A stretch of DNA of 64,000 bases from an uncultured Prevotella sp. (GTDB lineage: Bacteria; Bacteroidota; Bacteroidia; Bacteroidales; Bacteroidaceae): contig CAKQPF010000001.1 in NCBI GenBank assembly GCA_934256705.1, positions 40,850-104,849 of the forward strand, given 5' to 3'. The notes under the pieces are model-generated. The model saw only the letters and a list, made by a program, of their open reading frames with translations, was not told the DNA's origin and ran no database searches. Position 1 is the stretch's first letter, and each line of letters begins with the position of its first letter. Positions 59,282 through 64,000 of this stretch are shown piece by piece. Position numbers and translations under genes: made by a program.

Positions 59282-60934
59282 ATGACCAACGCCATATCAA
59301 GCATCATGCCACTCGCGGCAGAGTACAGCCTCGACCAGAACGGTTCGATAGTCATCTGGTCATTCGCCATTCTAAGCGCGATAATCTTCCTCCTCACGTT
59401 CCTTTCCGACATATGGAAGAACATCTGGAGCAATATCGGAGGCGAATATGACGACAACAACATGCGCAGACTGTTCATGTTCAACAAGCAGCCTTACATG
59501 GCAGTGCTCTTCATAGCCGTGTCGCTACTCATATCAGCCCTCATAGCCGGAATATGCCTCTTCATCGTGGGAGGTGCCGGATACCTGCTCCTGTGGCTCG
59601 TCAAACTGCTGATATGGGCGCTTATCATAATAGGATGGATATGCGTCGTGGCTGGCGTACTGTGTCTCATCGGCACCCAGCCCGTCGGATGTCTGCCGCT
59701 CATCATAGGTGGTGTCATAGTATATTTCAGCGACAATCTCAAGGCATTCGCAAATGCCTGTGTAGAAGCAGGTTTCAATTTCTACAGCGCACTCAACGTA
59801 TGGGACCTCGGAATGTTCATGATTTCGGAATACGGCGTAGCATTCCTATGCGTCGTGGCCACTCCGATAGTCATAGGCATCATAGCGGCCGTCATCACAA
59901 TGATCATAGCCGGCATATTCTGGCTCGTGGAGACCATCATGACATCCAGATACAACATCAAGCATCCATGCCCGTTCTGCCATAACCCGTCAGAGCCTGC
60001 CACATATCTCTCGGAAGGCTACGAACTGCCCATCAAGCTCCGCCCTGGAATGTACGGTCTCTTCCACATCAAGCACCCTATCACACAGGAAGAAATGCCT
60101 ACGATGATTCTCAACGGCAGAGACGACCTCGAACGCATCTGCCCGCATTGCAACCGCAGAATAGGCTATCAGACCGGTGTGGAGAAGCACATCGCTTTCG
60201 TGGGTCTCCCTGAGTCCGGAAAGACCTGCCTCACATACCGCTTCGTAGGCAACATGATGAAACGCTATGCGGAAATCACGTTCACCGACAATGTCAGCAA
60301 CGAAGCCAAGCGAATCATAGCAAATATCAAGGAAGGAAAGAAGCAGGAACTCGCTGCCAAGACCAGCGTATCCGACATGAAAAGAAGTCTCCAGATCATC
60401 GTGCCGGGAAAAGGACGAATGCCTTACCATTTCTTCATCAATGACGTGGGCGGAGAACTCTTCACCGACAGCGGTGTTAGGCAGGACTATATGCAGTTCT
60501 TCAAGGACGTGCAGGTAGTCTCCATACTCATAGACCCGTTCACCATGGACTTCTCCGAATACGACATCGACGGTGAATTCGCCAAATGGTACAAGGAGAA
60601 CATCACAGACAAAGGCGTTGCAAAGAAGGAAAAGCTCTCCAATGTCATACAGACCATACAGACCATGTCGCAGCAGTTCACGCACAAGACCGACAAGATA
60701 CACGTCAATCTCATCCTCGTCAAGGCCGACACAGGCTACATACATCGCAAAGACAAGCAGGACGAAGGCAAAATCCGTGACTTCGTGGCACAGCAGATGG
60801 GAATGGCAGGAGAAATCAACAATCTGGAGAATACCTACGCATCACTGCATTTCTATGCCGTCTCTGCCCTGCAGGACACCGGTATCGACCAGATGACCGA
60901 CGGCATCATCGAACAGCTCAAGGTAAAACTGTAA
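59282..60934 (+). CDS. Polytopic membrane protein with cytoplasmic zinc-ribbon + GTPase domain (paralog of 55313-56536; cassette gene 8)
   Basis: About 6 TM helices in aa 20-215. Then HPCPFCHNP...CPHCNRR zinc ribbon. G1 GLPESGKT, G3 FINDVGGELF (DVGGE, Arf/G-alpha-like), G4-like LILVKAD. Confidence 0.6.
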   Translation: MTNAISSIMPLAAEYSLDQNGSIVIWSFAILSAIIFLLTFLSDIWKNIWSNIGGEYDDNNMRRLFMFNKQPYMAVLFIAVSLLISALIAGICLFIVGGAGYLLLWLVKLLIWALIIIGWICVVAGVLCLIGTQPVGCLPLIIGGVIVYFSDNLKAFANACVEAGFNFYSALNVWDLGMFMISEYGVAFLCVVATPIVIGIIAAVITMIIAGIFWLVETIMTSRYNIKHPCPFCHNPSEPATYLSEGYELPIKLRPGMYGLFHIKHPITQEEMPTMILNGRDDLERICPHCNRRIGYQTGVEKHIAFVGLPESGKTCLTYRFVGNMMKRYAEITFTDNVSNEAKRIIANIKEGKKQELAAKTSVSDMKRSLQIIVPGKGRMPYHFFINDVGGELFTDSGVRQDYMQFFKDVQVVSILIDPFTMDFSEYDIDGEFAKWYKENITDKGVAKKEKLSNVIQTIQTMSQQFTHKTDKIHVNLILVKADTGYIHRKDKQDEGKIRDFVAQQMGMAGEINNLENTYASLHFYAVSALQDTGIDQMTDGIIEQLKVKL

Positions 60935-60946
60935 CCACCTTACAAA

Positions 60947-61984
60947 ATGCAAGACATCAGCAGCAAAATATTCATCATATACGCCTGGGAGGACACAGCG
61001 AGAGTCAACAGCATTCTCAAGGAATGCGAGTATGAAATCAACGCCAAGCTCACAGCTGACATCGACACCGGCCACTCTCCAATCCTCGAAGACAAGACCA
61101 CAAAAGCCATCGAGGACGCTAAAGTAGTCATGGTATTCATCAGCGATGCAGCAAAGAAGTCAGACTACGTGAAGGCCGCCGTCACATATTCACTCAACGT
61201 AAACAAGAACATCCTCCCCGTCAACATCGACAAGAGAAGCATGTTCAGCTCCATGCCCGAAGAATTCAAATTCAGGGCAAAGCCGTACAACATCAACGAT
61301 GACGAGTCGAAAAACATGCTCATAGCACAACTCAAAGCCACTCTCGGCATCAACATCGAGAATGGAGACGAGTTCGGAACGCTCATCCACATCGTCACTG
61401 ACCGCAACGCCAAGATAATGCGTTACGGCGAAGACCTCGGCACCGCCGAAGCAGGAAAAGACTGCAAGATAAGGCTCGCCAACGGCTACCACCGCCTCGA
61501 ATTCATCGACACCGAAGACCCCTCCATAAGATGCATCGTGCATTACAATGTCGAAGACAATGTCAAGGAGCAGTTTCTCGAAGTGCCTATCATGCTGCGA
61601 TATGAGCAAAAACTCAGAGCCGACGAAAAAGCCAAAAGGGAAGAGGAAATCAAAAGGCAGTTCGACGAACAGAACTACAAGAAAAACCTCGAAATCGAGC
61701 AGCGCAACCGCGAACTGGAACTGAAACAGCGTGAGCGCGAAGCCGAGAGAATACATCAGAAGCAGCTCCAGGCAGCAGAAGAAGAAAGGAAGCGCAAGCA
61801 AAGGGAAGCTGAGGAGGAAGAAAGACAAAGGCAGGAAGAAGAAAGGCAAAGGCAGAAAGAAGAAGAAAAAAAGAAAAACAAGCCAAGCGGCTGTCTCATC
61901 ATCATCCTGATATTCCTCGGCATCGCCTTCCCCATCTCACTAATCTTCTCCATCCCTTATCTCATCTATAAATACAAGGATTAG
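60947..61984 (+). CDS. TIR-domain protein with charged coiled-coil and C-terminal TM anchor (cassette gene 9)
   Basis: KIFIIYAWEDTARV (TIR beta-A-like) and VVMVFISDAAKKSDYVKAAVTYSL (beta-D/alpha-D-like). Then EERQRQEEERQRQKEEEKKK coiled-coil. Terminal GCLIIILIFLGIAFPISLIFSIPYLIY TM helix. Confidence 0.55.
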   Translation: MQDISSKIFIIYAWEDTARVNSILKECEYEINAKLTADIDTGHSPILEDKTTKAIEDAKVVMVFISDAAKKSDYVKAAVTYSLNVNKNILPVNIDKRSMFSSMPEEFKFRAKPYNINDDESKNMLIAQLKATLGINIENGDEFGTLIHIVTDRNAKIMRYGEDLGTAEAGKDCKIRLANGYHRLEFIDTEDPSIRCIVHYNVEDNVKEQFLEVPIMLRYEQKLRADEKAKREEEIKRQFDEQNYKKNLEIEQRNRELELKQREREAERIHQKQLQAAEEERKRKQREAEEEERQRQEEERQRQKEEEKKKNKPSGCLIIILIFLGIAFPISLIFSIPYLIYKYKD

Positions 61985-62084
61985 ATTCCCCCATCACATC
62001 CACGAGCCCCCTCTTATTCGCTATAGGTGGAAGACAGTTACGCTCTCCGCCAGCGTCTCTTCCTCAAGGGAGGTCTCAGTATAT

Positions 62085-62140
62085 AGCCTCCCCCTCACAG
62101 GGGGATAAGAGGGGGTCTCCCGCCGCGTTACCGGCGGATA
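62085..62140. repeat. AGACCCCCTCTTATCCCCCTGTGAGGGGGA-family hairpin fused to a truncated 31-nt GC-hairpin element (right border of the cassette)
   Basis: cctccccctcacagggggataagagggggtctcccgccgcgttaccggcggata. Family copies at 548-600, 1905-1950, 2020-2070, 3745-3775, 4650-4690 and 12160-12290. Confidence 0.8.
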
Positions 62141-62164
62141 GAACAATAAAAAAAAGAAAGAACA

Positions 62165-62557
62165 ATGAAAACAAATCCCCTAATCCAAGCCCTCCTGATA
62201 GCTATCCTGTCCCTCGTCCTCACAGCCTGCAACAAGCAGGAGCAAGCCATCGATGACCTCCGCTCCTTCTCAGAGCAGCTGAAGGAAGAATCCGCCGACT
62301 ACACCGAGGAAGACTGGCAGCAGGCAGGCGAGCAGTACCAGCAGCTCGTCGAGGAAATCAACCAGTACGAATTCACCGACGAGCAACTCAAGGAAATCGG
62401 CCGTCTCCAAGCCGTCTGCATCAAGCAGATGAGCAAAGGTGCCATGAAGATCATGCGCCACAACATGAACAGCATCTCCAAGCAGCTCGAAGGAGCCCTC
62501 GAAGAATTCATGTCCCCCGACACCGACCAGCCGGACCAGGACGACCAGGAGGAATAA
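62165..62557 (+). CDS. Small acidic lipoprotein (hypothetical)
   Basis: Lipobox LVLTAC. 130 aa with a D/E/Q-rich C-terminus. Confidence 0.55.
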   Translation: MKTNPLIQALLIAILSLVLTACNKQEQAIDDLRSFSEQLKEESADYTEEDWQQAGEQYQQLVEEINQYEFTDEQLKEIGRLQAVCIKQMSKGAMKIMRHNMNSISKQLEGALEEFMSPDTDQPDQDDQEE

Positions 62558-62966
62558 GCCCTCATCGCACACCGCCACTGTGTCAGCCGTGTCACCGGCT
62601 GATTACCAGCCCCTTGCCATCCCCCACAGCGATAGCCATGCCATCATCCCCCAATAGCATAGCTATTACAACGCAAAAGCGCCGTTATCAGGAAGCAAAA
62701 GCATAGCTTTCACTCCCTGATAACGGCGCTTTCATGAATTTTCCAGAAAGATTTTGTAATCTGCAGATTTTATAGTAACTTTGCACCCCAAATAGGCTGT
62801 TCCGAACGCAGCCTCGCCACAAGGCTCCACCAGCGGAAATGATTTGCATTATCAATTGTGCATTATGAATTATGCATTATGAATTGTGCATTATGAATTA
62901 TGCATTATGAATTGCCCCCTTACCGCCCGACATCAAGATAACAGACACCAACAAAGGAAAGAAGAA

Positions 62967-64000
62967 ATGACGACAACAACACGCAACGAAATAATCCAGG
63001 CTATGCGCTCCAGAATCCTCGTCCTCGACGGAGGTATCGGCACATACCTGCAGAAACTACAGCTCAAAGAGGAGGACTTCCGAGGAGAAGCCTTCCTGAG
63101 CCATCCAGTGCTGCTCAAAGGATGCAACGACGTGCTCTGCATCTCTAATCCGAAGGTGGTCATCGACATGCACCGCGACTACATCGACGCGGGCGCTGAC
63201 ATCATAGAGACAAACTCCTTCAACTGCAATTTCTTCTCCCTATCCGACTACGGACTCGAAGACAAGGTCTATCAGATAGCCAAGGCAAGCGCACTCTGCG
63301 CCAAGCAAAGCATACCCGAGAGCAGACGGAACGAACAGCATCCCGTACTCGTGGCAGGCTCCGTCGGACCGACAAACCGCACCTCCTCCATGTCCGCCGA
63401 CGTCAATGACCCGGCAGCAAGGGAAGTCACCTTCCAGCAGCTCGTCGATACCTACTCCGACGCTGTCAGGGGATTGCTCGACGGAGGCGCCGACATCATC
63501 ATCATCGAGACCATCTTCGACACCCTCAATGCCAAGGCGGCGCTCAAGGCTGTCGATGACATAAGCCAGGAAAGAGCCACCGACATCCCCGTCATGGTCA
63601 GCGGAACGCTCTCCGACGCTTCGGGCAGAACGCTCTCCGGACAGACAGTCGAGGCATTCGCTGCTTCCCTGTCACACGCCAATCTCCTCTCCATCGGTCT
63701 CAACTGCGGCTTCGGAGCCAAGCAGCTGAAGCCATGGCTCAGCCGTCTCGCAGCAGCTACTGAATACCCTGTATCAATGCATCCTAACGCAGGATTGCCT
63801 AATGTGATGGGTGGCTACGACGAAACGCCAGAGACTTTCGCAGCTGTAGCCGAGGAAGTATTCAGCGAAAAGCTCGTCAATATCTACGGCGGATGCTGCG
63901 GCACAACGCCAGAGCATATCAAGGCTGTAGCCGAAATAGCAAAGAAATACCAACCAAGGGAGATAAAAACAAAGGAACAACACGCCTGTATCCTATCTGG
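62967..64000 (+). CDS. metH: Methionine synthase (homocysteine S-methyltransferase domain), 3'-truncated by the window end
   Basis: MTTTTRNEIIQAMRSRILVLDGGIGTYLQ... with the Hcy-binding domain motif GGCCGTTPEHI near the window end. No stop codon before position 64000. Confidence 0.88.
   Translation, partial: MTTTTRNEIIQAMRSRILVLDGGIGTYLQKLQLKEEDFRGEAFLSHPVLLKGCNDVLCISNPKVVIDMHRDYIDAGADIIETNSFNCNFFSLSDYGLEDKVYQIAKASALCAKQSIPESRRNEQHPVLVAGSVGPTNRTSSMSADVNDPAAREVTFQQLVDTYSDAVRGLLDGGADIIIIETIFDTLNAKAALKAVDDISQERATDIPVMVSGTLSDASGRTLSGQTVEAFAASLSHANLLSIGLNCGFGAKQLKPWLSRLAAATEYPVSMHPNAGLPNVMGGYDETPETFAAVAEEVFSEKLVNIYGGCCGTTPEHIKAVAEIAKKYQPREIKTKEQHACILS

Noticed and set aside
49259-60745. Antisense ORFs inside the cassette genes (49259-50074, 51326-52117, 53531-54136, 57526-58605, 59990-60745, 61190-61849)
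   Set aside because: Each lies wholly within a longer sense ORF that carries recognisable motifs. The translations are D/E/V/H-rich and motif-free.
44960-62140. Cassette as a conventional mobile element (ICE/prophage/transposon)
   Set aside because: There is no integrase, recombinase, transposase, relaxase, phage structural gene or tRNA attachment site. Only small non-coding repeats lie at the borders. GC content is not visibly different from the flanks.
62590-62966. Possible cobalamin or SAM riboswitch ahead of metH
   Set aside because: The region is occupied by the aatagcatag and cataatgcataat repeat families. No B12-box or SAM-I conserved motifs are visible.

Overview
This is a Bacteroidota chromosomal segment, judging from SusC/SusD, BspA/DUF285 surface proteins, FeoAB fusion, FrdCAB-type fumarate reductase and Bacteroidetes-style gene content. 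Most of it is ordinary housekeeping DNA.

Gene content, in order:
- Two tandem BspA-type DUF285 leucine-rich-repeat surface-protein paralogs.
- A DUF4143-type AAA ATPase.
- A feoAB fusion gene plus the small FeoB-associated Cys-rich gene.
- A MaoC dehydratase.
- A block of two receiver-less sensor histidine kinases and a membrane-embedded LuxR-HTH protein.
- frdCAB, interrupted by a four-helix-bundle gene.
- mnmG, apt, uvrC, dtd, deoC, a polyprenyl synthase and polA.
- A susC/susD/metallophosphoesterase locus.
- A complete thiamine cluster: TPP riboswitch, thiD, thiS, thiE, thiG, thiC, thiF, thiH and a tenI/thiE-like gene.
- The start of metH.

Two things stand out.

(1) The intergenic space is saturated with a modular set of short palindromic repeat families, including a 31-nt GC hairpin motif placed just 3' of stop codons about 15 times. 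These repeats have been inserted between almost every gene of the thi operon.

(2) A roughly 17-kb cassette at about 45.0-62.0 kb sits between the thi operon and a lipoprotein/metH, is bounded by repeat hairpins, and has no integrase, transposase or tRNA. All its genes are on the + strand. They are:
- a small TM protein,
- a vWA-like lipoprotein,
- a 3-TM protein,
- a divergent FtsZ/tubulin-superfamily GTPase,
- a 1403-aa protein with an Hsp70/actin-fold ATPase core and three inserted HeH/Rho-N-like repeats,
- a 680-aa coiled-coil protein,
- a zinc-ribbon + Ras-like GTPase,
- an 823-aa alpha-helical protein,
- a membrane-anchored zinc-ribbon + GTPase paralog,
- a tail-anchored TIR-domain protein.

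I could not match this gene set to any defence system I know. It looks like a candidate undescribed NTP-dependent conflict system or cytoskeleton-like module. All domain calls in the cassette rest on motif recognition by eye and need profile and structure confirmation.
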